Source: Fibrobacteria bacterium (GTDB lineage Bacteria; Fibrobacterota; Fibrobacteria; UBA11236). From it: a DNA stretch of 64,000 nucleotides. A program made the position numbers and the translations under genes. The stretch covers positions 29,297-93,296 of the forward strand of contig JBGTHM010000037.1 of assembly GCA_041746255.1 (NCBI GenBank), read 5' to 3'. Numbering within the stretch: position 1 is the stretch's first letter; each line of letters starts with the position of its first letter. The notes under the pieces were generated by a model. The model saw only the letters and a program-made list of their open reading frames with translations. It did no database searches and was not told the DNA's origin. Positions 1-10,609 of the stretch are shown here, piece after piece.

Positions 1-860
1 AGCGACATGGGCAAGCCTTCTCCATCGCGCGAAGGCAGGCAGAAAATATCGAAGTCGCGTATCCAGGCGAGAATGTCGGCTTGAAAGGGAACAATTTCCA
101 TCTTAAGGTCGGGGAGCTTCTCCCGCCAGAGGCGCTCCAGTTGTGGACGCAGGGGTCCGTCACCCAGAATAATGAGGCGACAGGGGTGCTCGTGCCGGAC
201 TTCGGCTACCGCTTCGATGAGCAGGGCGTGGTTTTTCATGGGAACTAACCGTCCCACCGATCCGATAATGGGAAGTGGTTTTATTTCTTCCACCGTCATT
301 CCCAGGATTGGATGAAAACCGTTAACCTTGATATCGGTTTCAATGCCGTTTTCAAGAGTGAGGGCCTTTATTTTTCGGTTCTGTTTCTGCAAATAAGCGC
401 GCATCTCCTCCGAAACGGCGGCCACCGCTTCGGCATGTGCCAATAGTCGAAGATCAAGGCGGCGGTAAAGAGCGGCTTTTATGCCTCCGGAATCCTTGGG
501 ATAGCCGTGCGCGGTGACGACCAGGGGAACGTTATGCAGTCCCAACGCCCGCGAGAGCAGATGATAAAAAGTAGGCTTGTATCCATGGGAATGTACCACA
601 TGTGGTTTAAGCGATTCCATGACGCGGCCATAGCGAATGAGGGCCAGGGGTGTAATACCCCGGCGGGCCTTCAGGTAGTAAACCTGGTCGCTAATGGGGC
701 CAAGGCGATCTCCGAGAATATTCGAATTTTGTCCCGCATCTAAAAATCCCAGTAAAGCGGGCGTGCATCCGGATTGTCTACTCTGGAACCGGAAAAGATC
801 GAAAATCACCTTTTCGGCTCCATAAAAGCCTCCGCTATGGATGCTATGGAGAATACGCAT
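1..860 (-). CDS. GT4 family glycosyltransferase (runs off the left window edge)
   Basis: Manual translation, not in the ORF track: MRILHSIHSGGFYGAEK...VVHSHGYK...GSVGRLVPMKNH...GDGPLR...DIFCLPSRDGEGLPMS (GT-B motifs). Confidence 0.9.
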   Translation of the reverse strand, partial: MRILHSIHSGGFYGAEKVIFDLFRFQSRQSGCTPALLGFLDAGQNSNILGDRLGPISDQVYYLKARRGITPLALIRYGRVMESLKPHVVHSHGYKPTFYHLLSRALGLHNVPLVVTAHGYPKDSGGIKAALYRRLDLRLLAHAEAVAAVSEEMRAYLQKQNRKIKALTLENGIETDIKVNGFHPILGMTVEEIKPLPIIGSVGRLVPMKNHALLIEAVAEVRHEHPCRLIILGDGPLRPQLERLWREKLPDLKMEIVPFQADILAWIRDFDIFCLPSRDGEGLPMS

Positions 861-886
861 GTCGTCGTCCACTCTGTTAGGAAATA

Positions 887-2152
887 ATGATTTCCACCCG
901 CCGGCGACAAGTAAAACCCCTGCTTGAGAAAGTCCTTTTTCTTCTTTTGCCGGACACCGCGGCTAATTTTATTAATGAAAAGCAGAAAAGGTTTCGCATG
1001 TTCGCTAAACATCGTCGCAAGGCTCGTAAGCTACCGGAAATCCTATTGCTGGTGGGAATTGCCTATTCCTATTTCCTCTACCCCGCGTTTCTTTGGATTT
1101 GGCGTGGGCTGCGGGGGCCCAAAATGGTCAGGAAATCCCCCATAGAGCCGAGCGTAACGCTAATTATCGCGGCTTACAATGAAGAGGATAAGATTAAGGC
1201 GAAACTGGAGAATAGCGTCCGCATCCATTTTCCCCGTGAAAAACTGGAGATTCTGGTGGCCTCGGACGCTTCCAGCGACGCCACCGATGCGATAGTGCGC
1301 GAATTCCCCGAAGTGCGCCTTTGCCGTACTCCTGAACGGCGCGGCAAGGAACATGCGCAGAAAAAGGCGATTACCGAGAGTACCGGAGAAATTTTGGTGT
1401 TTACGGATTCGGCTACGCTACTGGATCCGAATGCCATACAATCGTTGGTGGCGAATTTCGGAGATCCCCGTGTAGGGGCGGTCAGTTCCAAAGATGTAAT
1501 GTTGGGTGGGGGAAACGGGTCGGGCGAAGGCATGTACGTGCGCTATGAAATGGCACTCCGGCGTTTGGAGTCGCAGGTACACAGCGTGGTGGGATTGAGT
1601 GGATCTTTCTTCGCGGCCCGCCGACAAGTTTGCCAAAACTGGTCGGAGGATTTTCCTTCCGATTTCAATACGGTTTTCAATTGTGCCCGCATGGGATACC
1701 GGGCGATAAGCGACGAACAATCCCTGGGGTACTATAAGGATATCCGCAAGGGAGTCAGCGAGTTCGATCGTAAGGTACGTACGTTACTGCGTGGCATGAC
1801 GGCCCTGTTTGCTAATCTGTCGTTATTGAATCCCATGCGATATGGAGTATTCGCTTTCCAGCTTTTCAGCCATAAGCTGATGCGTTGGGCCGTCCCCCTT
1901 TTCCTTATCGAACTGGCTTTACGAACTCTATGGCGGATGCGGCGTCCCGATAATTTCGGAATTTTCCTTTTTTCGGCACAGGCGCTGGGCTATGCGATGG
2001 CGTATGGTGGATGGAAACGGGAGCCATTACGCTCGCTCCCGCCCGTGAAAGTGGCTCACTTTTTTACGCAAGTGAACGTCGCTATTTTCATGGCGTTGCT
2101 CAAATACGCGAAGGGAGAGCGGATTCGCATGTGGAACCCCACCCAGCGATAG
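887..2152 (+). CDS. GT2 family glycosyltransferase with C-terminal TM helices; true start possibly downstream (~998)
   Basis: IIAAYNEE, SDASSD, FTDSAT, FSHKLMRW motifs. Confidence 0.88.
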   Translation: MISTRRRQVKPLLEKVLFLLLPDTAANFINEKQKRFRMFAKHRRKARKLPEILLLVGIAYSYFLYPAFLWIWRGLRGPKMVRKSPIEPSVTLIIAAYNEEDKIKAKLENSVRIHFPREKLEILVASDASSDATDAIVREFPEVRLCRTPERRGKEHAQKKAITESTGEILVFTDSATLLDPNAIQSLVANFGDPRVGAVSSKDVMLGGGNGSGEGMYVRYEMALRRLESQVHSVVGLSGSFFAARRQVCQNWSEDFPSDFNTVFNCARMGYRAISDEQSLGYYKDIRKGVSEFDRKVRTLLRGMTALFANLSLLNPMRYGVFAFQLFSHKLMRWAVPLFLIELALRTLWRMRRPDNFGIFLFSAQALGYAMAYGGWKREPLRSLPPVKVAHFFTQVNVAIFMALLKYAKGERIRMWNPTQR

Positions 2153-2155
2153 CCT

Positions 2156-3310
2156 ATGGAACCAAGCCAAGAATCCACGATTGCAATCCGTCGTCTCGTG
2201 ATTGTGCGTCCGGGACCCGTCCATGAATTGACTTCCACGGCTAAACGGGAAATGCTTCGCCTGTCCGAGGAATTCGGCGGATACCTGCTGGTGACCATGC
2301 CCGAGCCACGACCGGTGAAAGTGGGAAGGTTCGAATTCCGTCCCTTGCGCTTCCACCCGAATTCGCACTTGCTTACGAATATCCGATATCTATTCCATGC
2401 GTTGGGCCTGGCTGTGCGGTTGAAGGCCCAAGGGAAGGCGCCCGATCTTATCGTCAGTTACGATCCTATCCGTTCCGGACTGATCGCTTTGGCTATGGCC
2501 CGAATAACGGGAGCACGGTTTATTTGTGAAGTGAATGGAGTCTATAATTCCGACGCGAACTATCTGGATGGCGGCGCCTCGTATTCGTCGCGCTTAAAGA
2601 GGAAGCTATTCCCCCACATCATCCGATTCGTATTGGAAAGAGCGGATGGAATCAAATCGCTGTTTCCGGGCCAGGTGGATGGATTCGGAATCGTAGTGGC
2701 GCAAAAGCCGAAAGTGCATTTCCATTCCTTCGTGGAATTGTCCGCCTTCAGAAACCTGGGAGAATCGAAGCAAATACTTTTCGTGGGTTTTCCATTTTTT
2801 CTCAAAGGCGTCGATTTGCTTATCGAAGCCTTCAAGCGAATCAGTCCCAAGTATCCGGAATGGGAACTGAAAATCATGGGATGGTTTCCGGATGATAGAG
2901 AGTTGAGGCAGGCCATGGACGGCCATCCACGCATCCGCCATCAACCGCCGGTCCTGCATTCGGAGATAGCCGCGCATATCGGCGTTTGCGGAATGCTGGT
3001 CCTACCCTCGCGCACCGAAGCGATGGGACGCGTCTTACTCGAAGCCATGGCCTGCGCGAAACCACGAGTTGGCGCGCGCATAGAAGGTATTCCCACGGTG
3101 ATTGAAGATGAAGTAGACGGTCTGCTCTTCTCTCCCGGTTCGGCTTCCGAACTTAGTGAAAAGCTGGATCGTCTGATGGGAGATCCCGCGTTACGGCGAA
3201 AATTGGGAGATGCCGGTCGCAGAAGATTGAGCCGCGATTTTAGCGAGCAAGCCTACTTTTCCCAAGCGTTCGATTTTTACCGGGGGGTAATCGAAAATGT
3301 TCCCAGGTGA
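2156..3310 (+). CDS. GT4 family glycosyltransferase
   Basis: KGVDLLIEAF, LPSRTEAMGRVLLEAMA, GIPTVIEDEVDG. Confidence 0.9.
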   Translation: MEPSQESTIAIRRLVIVRPGPVHELTSTAKREMLRLSEEFGGYLLVTMPEPRPVKVGRFEFRPLRFHPNSHLLTNIRYLFHALGLAVRLKAQGKAPDLIVSYDPIRSGLIALAMARITGARFICEVNGVYNSDANYLDGGASYSSRLKRKLFPHIIRFVLERADGIKSLFPGQVDGFGIVVAQKPKVHFHSFVELSAFRNLGESKQILFVGFPFFLKGVDLLIEAFKRISPKYPEWELKIMGWFPDDRELRQAMDGHPRIRHQPPVLHSEIAAHIGVCGMLVLPSRTEAMGRVLLEAMACAKPRVGARIEGIPTVIEDEVDGLLFSPGSASELSEKLDRLMGDPALRRKLGDAGRRRLSRDFSEQAYFSQAFDFYRGVIENVPR

Positions 3311-4481
3311 AACTCCTAAAAAGGTGCTGTTCGTGCTCTCACGGGTATTGGGGGGCAAGACCTATTGCAACCATCTTTTAGCGGCATTGGACGCAATGCC
3401 GGAAATAGCGCCGGAGTTCGTCTTTTTCGAAGAGGAGGATTACGCGCGTTTCGCGAACAAAGTGCCCTGGGCCTTTCGCCGAACGGGAAAGTTCATCGCG
3501 TCCCACATTCTCGCCTGGAAGCTGCAAATGCTTCCCCCTAAGAAATGGGATGCACTGTTCGTGCAAAGTTTTGAATTACTTCCCGGGTGCCGCTCCCTGT
3601 TGAGTCGCATGCCTACCATTCTCGCCCATGATTCCACCCAGATTCAATCGTATCGCCTGATGCTGGGTCAATCCCCCACCTTGCTCGATCGCTTGGCTTA
3701 TGGTGTTAAATGCGTAATGACTACGCCTTTTTATGCCCCGACGGTTGCAAGCGTAAACGCTTTCATGCCCCGTACCCGATGGTGCGCGGAATCGCTGGTA
3801 CGGGACTATGGCGTGGATAGGCGAAAAATAGTGATTTCTCCGGCGGGACTCGATTTATCGCATTGGAGGTCCGATCCGATGCGGGAAGAAAATCCCGTCC
3901 CGCGCATCCTGTTCGTGGGGAACGATTTCGCGCGTAAAGGTGGCGGTTTCTTGCTGGACCTTTTCACCCGGCGCCTTTCCGATTTTGCCTCTTTGTGCAT
4001 TGTTTCCCGCGATCCCGCCCTGCGCGGCAGGCGTTTTCCAACCGGAGTCGAGTGGATAGGCGATGCCGCCGGACGGAATCCGGAAAAACTTATCGCCGCC
4101 TACCGACAGTCCGATCTTTTCGTGTTCCCCACTTTGAAGGAACATATGGGGATGGTCCTCACCGAGGCGGCGGCCATGGGATTGCCGATAATTGCGAGGG
4201 ACGTCGGCGGCGTTTCGGAAATTGTCCGTGACGGTGAGAACGGTCTTTTAATGCCGCCCAATGCAGATGAAGCCCGTTGGGAAGCGGCGATTATGCGACT
4301 GTTAAGCGACAAACCCATGCGAGTGCGGTTGGGAATGGGATCGCGTAAGCTGGCGGAGAGGCATTTTTCCGTAGCTGTATTGCGTTCCAGGCTGGCCCAA
4401 GCTCTATCCCTAGCCGCTCCCAGCGACTTCCCTAAGGAGTATGCCCGGAATTTTCACCCCGCCCAATCCGTAGCGGTGTGA
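3297..4481 (+). CDS. GT4 family glycosyltransferase
   Basis: ILFVGNDFARKGG, DLFVFPTLKEHMGMVLTEAAAMGLP, GVSEIVRDGENG. Confidence 0.9.
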   Translation: MFPGETPKKVLFVLSRVLGGKTYCNHLLAALDAMPEIAPEFVFFEEEDYARFANKVPWAFRRTGKFIASHILAWKLQMLPPKKWDALFVQSFELLPGCRSLLSRMPTILAHDSTQIQSYRLMLGQSPTLLDRLAYGVKCVMTTPFYAPTVASVNAFMPRTRWCAESLVRDYGVDRRKIVISPAGLDLSHWRSDPMREENPVPRILFVGNDFARKGGGFLLDLFTRRLSDFASLCIVSRDPALRGRRFPTGVEWIGDAAGRNPEKLIAAYRQSDLFVFPTLKEHMGMVLTEAAAMGLPIIARDVGGVSEIVRDGENGLLMPPNADEARWEAAIMRLLSDKPMRVRLGMGSRKLAERHFSVAVLRSRLAQALSLAAPSDFPKEYARNFHPAQSVAV

Positions 4482-4506
4482 ATCACGGAATTTTCGCGCC
4501 GGATTT

Positions 4507-5187
4507 TCAATCGCGGCTGAGGATGGCATAGGCCGTCAATGCGCTCACCATGATGCTAAGTACCGAAGCCGAGAGCTGAAGAACGTCGGCAAGACGGGTT
4601 GGGTCGGGCGGAATCGGGAGCATGATATCGTCTCCCGAAGCGATACCGGCCTCACGCAAGGTTTTGCGATCGGAAATAGCCGCTATGAGGTTATCGTTAA
4701 CCGGCTTTCCATGGCGCAAATGCGCGGCCTCCCGGATTTTCCCCGGAAGAGGCGGCCCTCCCGCTTCTTTAATCAAATCCCATATCACCGCGTCGGGAGG
4801 AACATAATAATATCCCGGTTCATGTACGTTACCCAAAACCCCTATGCGGATCACCGGCTTGGCGAAAAGGTGCGTATCCCTCAAATAGGGAGTCCATACG
4901 TTTCCAAGGTAAGTCTCGACGTTTTGGCGCGTTTTTCCGGCGATAACGATTTTTCCTACAATCGGAAGTTCCGCCATTCCCATTGCGTCCAGCGGATAGA
5001 CGCCGTTCAAAAAGGATTCGGGATCAGCGGGAACGTCGATGCGCATGGCCTCGCCAATCTGGAAATTTTCTTCCTCGGGAATCGACTGCGAGAGTATGAC
5101 CTCTGAAGCAAGCAGCATGAAAAATCCAAAATACATTGTGCGAAATTCGCCAATCATGCTCGCCTCCAATTTGTTTGGGCATGCCAT
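4507..5187 (-). CDS. Polysaccharide export protein (Wza/Poly_export + SLBB domain)
   Basis: LPIVGKIVIAGKT, VLGNVHEPGYY, IKEAGG, SGDDI, C-terminal amphipathic helix; divergent from the wzc-like gene. Confidence 0.8.
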   Translation of the reverse strand: MACPNKLEASMIGEFRTMYFGFFMLLASEVILSQSIPEEENFQIGEAMRIDVPADPESFLNGVYPLDAMGMAELPIVGKIVIAGKTRQNVETYLGNVWTPYLRDTHLFAKPVIRIGVLGNVHEPGYYYVPPDAVIWDLIKEAGGPPLPGKIREAAHLRHGKPVNDNLIAAISDRKTLREAGIASGDDIMLPIPPDPTRLADVLQLSASVLSIMVSALTAYAILSRD

Positions 5188-5289
5188 GGTGTCAGAACTT
5201 AATTTAAAAGCTGGGATGTTCTTGCGCCAGAAAAACGTTGGGGCGTTTCCAATGAACCGTAATGCAACCGTAATACCGAGGAAAATTCC

Positions 5290-7734
5290 ATGGCACCTTC
5301 CGGACCATCCAAACCGAATGCCTCCTTGGCGGATCTTCTCAATCCCAAGTCGACGCTTTCGTCCTGGAGCACCATTTTACACGTCGCTTATCTCAAGCGT
5401 TGGACCATAGTCACGCTCTGGCTGTTACTTGGAATTCCCCTGGGGCTTTTTTTAATCTTTTTCGATTTACCCAAGACGTACGTTTCCCAGGCTTATTTAC
5501 GTTTCCCTCATGTAGTGGGCGTCGACGATCAAGTGATGCGCGATGTCGCCCTTCGGGAAAAGGAATCCATCGTCCGGCTCTTTCAAAGCTACAATGTACT
5601 GCATCGGACGATTGACGATTTGGGATTGAAATTCCGTATTCGTAACGCGAACGTCTTTCGCCACCATGTCATCGAATCCATCGGCGGGAGCGGATATGCT
5701 CCGGGCCTCTACACTTTCAAATTCGGAAGCGAGAGGCGGCTGAAAGTCTATGCGAAACCGTACGGAAAAAACCAAAAGTATCTCGTCTACAACGACAAGG
5801 TTCCGAATGACAATTCCGTATCTTTCTCCGGTGTGACTTTGCGTTTTAAAAACGGATTCGCGGACATTTCACAGGGTTTCGATTTGGAAATGGTTTTTCA
5901 AGGCGTCGAGGAAGCGCTGAAAACCTATCGGGACCGGATTGAGGTCAGTCCGCTTGACCAAGGTCCCGCCTCCGTCAACTATTCGGTGACGCTTGAAGAT
6001 CGTGATCCCGTGCTGGTTGCGGAAATAGTCAACCGATTGACCGATAATTTCATGGCCGTTTATACCCGTACCACCCAAGGACAGGACAGGACGGTGTTGG
6101 CGCAATTGGAAAAAAGCCTGGAGCTGGCGCGTGAAAAACAAAAACGTGCGGATTTACGTCTCGACGAGTTTTATCGGGCCAATCCCCAGGCGATGTACGG
6201 GCCGCAGGGGACCGGTTTTTCCACCGCCCAGGCAAGCAGCAACCATGCGGAGATTTCCCGCAATTTGGAACGACTGGAACAGACCTTGAGCCGTAAGCCT
6301 GCGTCAGGCGCTCCCGAAGGGGAAAAGCTTCTCTGGATTGATGAAGCGCTTTCGTTATTGAGCGGCCAGGGGGTTTTGCGCGCCGAGGCCATGCGTACAC
6401 AGTTGTCCAATCTCGAATCGGAAAAATCACGCTTGTCCGCAATCCGCACGCCTACACATCCCGATTACCTCGCTTTGGATCGGAAAATGGCAGGTATGAT
6501 CGAGCCGGTGGAGGAGTTGGCGCGGCAGACGCGAGAAAGTTACCGGGTAAAGGTGAGGGATACCGAGGCGACTGTCCGGAGAAATCCGTCCGCCGGGGGC
6601 GGAGGGTTGGCCTTGCAAATGGAGGCGCGCCGGCTGCATTCCGAAAAAGACGAAGCCTCCCAACAAGTGCAAAATTTGGAAATGCAATTCGAGCGCGCTC
6701 GCCTCACTTCCGAAGGCGACCTCTTCGCGGTGACCATCATCGACAGGGCCAGGCCGGCCTTGCATGAAGAATTGGGCCTTAGAGAAAGGGTTGTGATGGC
6801 CTCCGGCGCCGGAGTGGTCACGCTTTTCCCGGGGTTTCTCTGGGTAGTTGCGTTACAATTGCTTTTTCCTCGGGTCTACAACCGCGACGATGCCAACAAG
6901 AAATTCGGCATCAAGGTTTTGGGGTCGCTTTTCGCGATGCCGGGTGGAAAGAGCCGCGATAGGAAGGGAAAAAACATCGATCCCCAACTGCTCTACCATG
7001 GAAGCGCCTATCGTATCACCGACGTGGAGGCCTTCCGAGCCTTAAGGGTCGAGCTGGAGTCCTATTTCCGCGCCGACGGCCATCATTTGGGCCTGATGGT
7101 GACCAGTACCCAACCCAACGAGGGCAAGTCATTGGTTTCCGCCAATCTGGCGATAAGTTTCGCGCGCAAAGGTTGCCGCACATTGCTGATAGACGCGGAT
7201 TTTCGGCATGGCCGGCTCGAAAATATGTTCGGATTACGCCCTGAAAAAGGATTGGTGGATATCCTCCGCAAGGGGGACATACCACAACATGAGGTGCTTT
7301 CCATCGCTGCTGCGCAGCATATCGTACGAACACCGCAGTCCAATCTCTATTTGCTTTCCAAGGGCAATCTGGACGAATACTCCGAAGAAGCCTTTTACGG
7401 CCAGGCCATGGAAAACCTGATGCGGAGGTTGCAAGCCGATTTCGATGTGGTACTGGTCGATACGGCGCCGGTAATCGTCACCGCGGATCCGGTCAAGTTG
7501 GCGGAATGGATGCGGGGCGTGGTCTACGTCATCCGGTCGGGGCAGCCTTCGGCTTCGGAGATATCGAAAGGACTAGAGCGATTCACCGATAGAAATGTTC
7601 CCATCGGATGCGTCATCAATGATATCCGCAAGTCGCCTACCGACGACAATCATTATGCCCGCTATGGATATTACTATGCCAAGATTCCGCATGGCGGTTC
7701 CGGTGTGACGAAACAGCTGCACAAAGCGGAATAG
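5290..7734 (+). CDS. wzc: Wzc/GumC polysaccharide co-polymerase with BY-kinase domain
   Basis: Two TM segments flanking a coiled-coil; Walker A STQPNEGKS, LLIDADFR, VLVDTAP; C-terminal Tyr cluster HYARYGYYY. Confidence 0.9.
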   Translation: MAPSGPSKPNASLADLLNPKSTLSSWSTILHVAYLKRWTIVTLWLLLGIPLGLFLIFFDLPKTYVSQAYLRFPHVVGVDDQVMRDVALREKESIVRLFQSYNVLHRTIDDLGLKFRIRNANVFRHHVIESIGGSGYAPGLYTFKFGSERRLKVYAKPYGKNQKYLVYNDKVPNDNSVSFSGVTLRFKNGFADISQGFDLEMVFQGVEEALKTYRDRIEVSPLDQGPASVNYSVTLEDRDPVLVAEIVNRLTDNFMAVYTRTTQGQDRTVLAQLEKSLELAREKQKRADLRLDEFYRANPQAMYGPQGTGFSTAQASSNHAEISRNLERLEQTLSRKPASGAPEGEKLLWIDEALSLLSGQGVLRAEAMRTQLSNLESEKSRLSAIRTPTHPDYLALDRKMAGMIEPVEELARQTRESYRVKVRDTEATVRRNPSAGGGGLALQMEARRLHSEKDEASQQVQNLEMQFERARLTSEGDLFAVTIIDRARPALHEELGLRERVVMASGAGVVTLFPGFLWVVALQLLFPRVYNRDDANKKFGIKVLGSLFAMPGGKSRDRKGKNIDPQLLYHGSAYRITDVEAFRALRVELESYFRADGHHLGLMVTSTQPNEGKSLVSANLAISFARKGCRTLLIDADFRHGRLENMFGLRPEKGLVDILRKGDIPQHEVLSIAAAQHIVRTPQSNLYLLSKGNLDEYSEEAFYGQAMENLMRRLQADFDVVLVDTAPVIVTADPVKLAEWMRGVVYVIRSGQPSASEISKGLERFTDRNVPIGCVINDIRKSPTDDNHYARYGYYYAKIPHGGSGVTKQLHKAE

Positions 7735-7744
7735 CTTTTACTAA

Positions 7745-8448
7745 GTGATTTTCCGAACCGCATTTTTGAGCCTGGCCGTCATCGGGTTAACCGACAGTTT
7801 AGGCCAATTACAAGATTCCGCCTTCGATATCGCTTCCTTGGAAGCGGAGCTTTTTCCGATTTTCTCAAGCGGAATCCCTCGCTTCACTGGCTCAAGTCCC
7901 CATAGCCGCTTAATGGCCCAAGCCGGCCTGCCCCTGGGAGAGTTTTTCGGTTTGGAGCAATTCCTGGCCTTGCGAGGAAGCTACTCTAATCGCAGTCTCT
8001 ATTTCGACGGCTTCAAGCTTAACGCGGCGATGAATCATCAAATAGGGTTGGGGGCGGGCTCCATGATTATGGATGCCGGTGGGCATTCGTCTTATGCACT
8101 TTTGGCTGTCAGCCATAACGGAGACGATTACGAGATGAAGTCGCGGTATATGGGATGGGAAGCCATATATGTCCATACCTACCGGATTCATGATCGCCTT
8201 TCACTCGGAGCCGGTTTCGATATAATCTTGAATTTTATGCTTTGCGGGCGGGAGCGGATTAGGTTTATCGGGCGGTTGGGGCCGAATCCGGAATGCAATG
8301 GCGGTTTAGGGAAGGCCTGCACTTACGGTTCAAGTACAAATGGATCGCCTGGGGAGAAGAAAGCCTGACTTTGCCCGACGGATCTCGATTGCGCGAGCGA
8401 CCCCTGGACGTTCACAGTCTACGCATCCAAATTGCCTACGGACCCTGA
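7745..8448 (+). pseudogene. Probable degraded outer-membrane beta-barrel protein
   Basis: Signal peptide and amphipathic strands to ~8235; a protein-like continuation (VYRAVGAESGMQWRFREGLHLRFKYKW...SLRIQIAYGP*) lies in another frame ending at 8448 and is preceded by a TAG at 8260. Confidence 0.5.
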
Positions 8449-8480
8449 TAGCCTTCACTAACCGCCGCAACTACCTCCCA

Positions 8481-10502
8481 TCAGGCTTGTTCGGCGAAAT
8501 GATGCAATCCCGGCGGCTCCGGATAGGGCGTTCCTTCGCTAACGGATGGTTGATTCAGCAAGCGCACTTCCACCTTGTTCTCCCGAAAAAAATTACGCAT
8601 CCGCGGCAATTCCATCGAGTCGCGCACCGAGCAAAAATCGAAATGCTGTAAAAGGCGATTCAGTTTCCATTCGGTGCTGTCGGTGTTCACATAATGCTGA
8701 AAAGTTTTTAACAGACCGAGATAATGGCGTTGGTGGTCGAGGTCCAGCTCCCAAGGGTGAAGGTAAATCATGGCGGGTTCGCCATGGGCATTGGCGCCTT
8801 CGATGAACTTTTCCGTCATCGCGAAAGGATATAGGCGTAAATACCCGCCTCCGGCCATGGGAATCATGCCCTTGCCGATTTGCAAGGTGGACATGGGGAA
8901 CTCTTTCAGTTCGTGGCCATTTTCCAGCTGGAGAATATGCGGGAGACGGTTGGGGTAGTCCGGTATGCCATAGCGTTTGCGATCGATAGGGAAAATGCTG
9001 GAATCGTATTGGATGCCGTTACGCGCCAAAATTTCCAATGCCCATAGCGTCGACTTGACAATGGTGAAATTCGAGGCTCGATGTCCGATGACGGGTTGCG
9101 AAGTGAGACGGGCCAAGGCTTCCAGCGATTTGACCAAGTCCGCCTCGAATCCTTCCGGCGTCATGTCTGTAACCAGATTGTGATCATATCCGTGGGTGCC
9201 GATTTCATGGCCTTCATCGGCAATCATGCGCACCACGTCGGGAAAGTGGTCGGCCACCCATCCCAATACGAAAAACGTTCCGGTCGTATCGTAAACCCGC
9301 AGTAATTCCAAAATACTGCGAACGTTTTTCTCAACATTGGTGGGCTGCAGATGCCAGGTGCTTTTGGGCGTTTTGCCTTGCATGTTATAAGCATGGAACC
9401 AGCATTCCACGTCTACCGTAAAGAAATTCCGTACTTCCCGAGGCCCGCATTGCAATTGCACCACCGAATCCAGACGGATTTCCTTGAGGATGTTCTCCAT
9501 CTCGGGATTGGCGCTTTTGATATGCACCTGGCCGCCATGACGTTTGGTGGTATGCGCCACTTCGGTCAGGAAGGCCAGATCTTGCAAGTCCAATTTATTA
9601 CGCGGGCTGATCCAGACTTCCAGGCCCTTTTTTTCCTTTATGGGAATGCGATCGAGTTGCTCTCCGAGATCGGAAGAACTTTCCCCCACCAGAACGTATG
9701 GCCGAACGGACTTTTCGCAACTCACGGTAATTTTCGTCAACTCCTTGTCGTCCACATCCCGGTATTTCCCGCGGAAGGGCAGCAGTTTCGCGCGCCGGAG
9801 CCCCGCCAGATCCCGAACTTCGCCGTTGGAAGAAGGCCGGTGCAGCAAATAGCCGAAGGTGTTTACAATCACCCACCACTCCATTTTTATCCAGGAGGTC
9901 AGGCTGCAAAACGAAGCTCGATAGGAAAGGTCATAATGCGATTTGCGTACCACGCTGTCGAAAGAATCGTCGTATCCCAGTACGATTTGCGCGAAGCCGG
10001 TAATGCCGGGTTTGATATGCAGCGTCCTATCGGAATAATGGGGTAGCGATACGCTGTATTGCCGGGTAAAATGCGGCCGTTCCGGGCGCGGCCCCACCAG
10101 GCTCATGTCGCCTTTGAAAACGTTGATGAATTGCGGCAATTCGTCGATATGCAAGGCACGCAGCCAGCGGCCGCTCCGGGTGATACGGGGGTCATGCCCC
10201 TGTGCGCATAATACTGGACCGTTCTCTTCGGCGTCCAGACGCATGGTCCGATATTTATAGATCAGAAAGATCTTGCCTCCGACGTCCTCGCTCCGTCTTT
10301 CCGGGCCGGAATAATTGCCCCTTCCGCGCCTGCGGCGATTGATTCCTACTCTTTCCTGGGTATACAAGACGGGACCGGGCGACTCCAGCCGGATTATACC
10401 TGCGATAATGGGATAGGTTAATGCCAAGAAGAGGCATCCGACCAATCCGGCTGCCGAATCGAGCGCTTTTTTTGCAATGACTACTAAAAATGCCGGTTTC
10501 AT
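8481..10502 (-). CDS. Fusion: priming sugar (phosphoglycosyl) transferase + STAS-like domain + XrtA/DUF3473-type polysaccharide deacetylase
   Basis: YKYRTM, DPRIT, HIDELPQFINVFKGDMSLVGPRPERP, KPGITGFAQI; then FTVDVECWFH, TFFVLGW, GHEIGTHGYDH, GGGYLRLYP, YLHPWELD. Confidence 0.9.
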   Translation of the reverse strand: MKPAFLVVIAKKALDSAAGLVGCLFLALTYPIIAGIIRLESPGPVLYTQERVGINRRRRGRGNYSGPERRSEDVGGKIFLIYKYRTMRLDAEENGPVLCAQGHDPRITRSGRWLRALHIDELPQFINVFKGDMSLVGPRPERPHFTRQYSVSLPHYSDRTLHIKPGITGFAQIVLGYDDSFDSVVRKSHYDLSYRASFCSLTSWIKMEWWVIVNTFGYLLHRPSSNGEVRDLAGLRRAKLLPFRGKYRDVDDKELTKITVSCEKSVRPYVLVGESSSDLGEQLDRIPIKEKKGLEVWISPRNKLDLQDLAFLTEVAHTTKRHGGQVHIKSANPEMENILKEIRLDSVVQLQCGPREVRNFFTVDVECWFHAYNMQGKTPKSTWHLQPTNVEKNVRSILELLRVYDTTGTFFVLGWVADHFPDVVRMIADEGHEIGTHGYDHNLVTDMTPEGFEADLVKSLEALARLTSQPVIGHRASNFTIVKSTLWALEILARNGIQYDSSIFPIDRKRYGIPDYPNRLPHILQLENGHELKEFPMSTLQIGKGMIPMAGGGYLRLYPFAMTEKFIEGANAHGEPAMIYLHPWELDLDHQRHYLGLLKTFQHYVNTDSTEWKLNRLLQHFDFCSVRDSMELPRMRNFFRENKVEVRLLNQPSVSEGTPYPEPPGLHHFAEQA

Positions 10503-10609
10503 GGCGCTTCTCCCCTGCTCCTTCTAAATACGCTTTTGCATAGGCGCATACCAAAGAGCATTTGCGGGAGAAAGAAGAGGGACCGCCGAGGCGAATCCCT
10601 AAGGGCATA

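Noticed and set aside
10537..10553. Sigma-54-like element upstream of the transferase fusion (TGGTATGCGCCTATGCA, minus strand)
   Set aside because: GG-to-GC spacing is 11 nt, not the required 10
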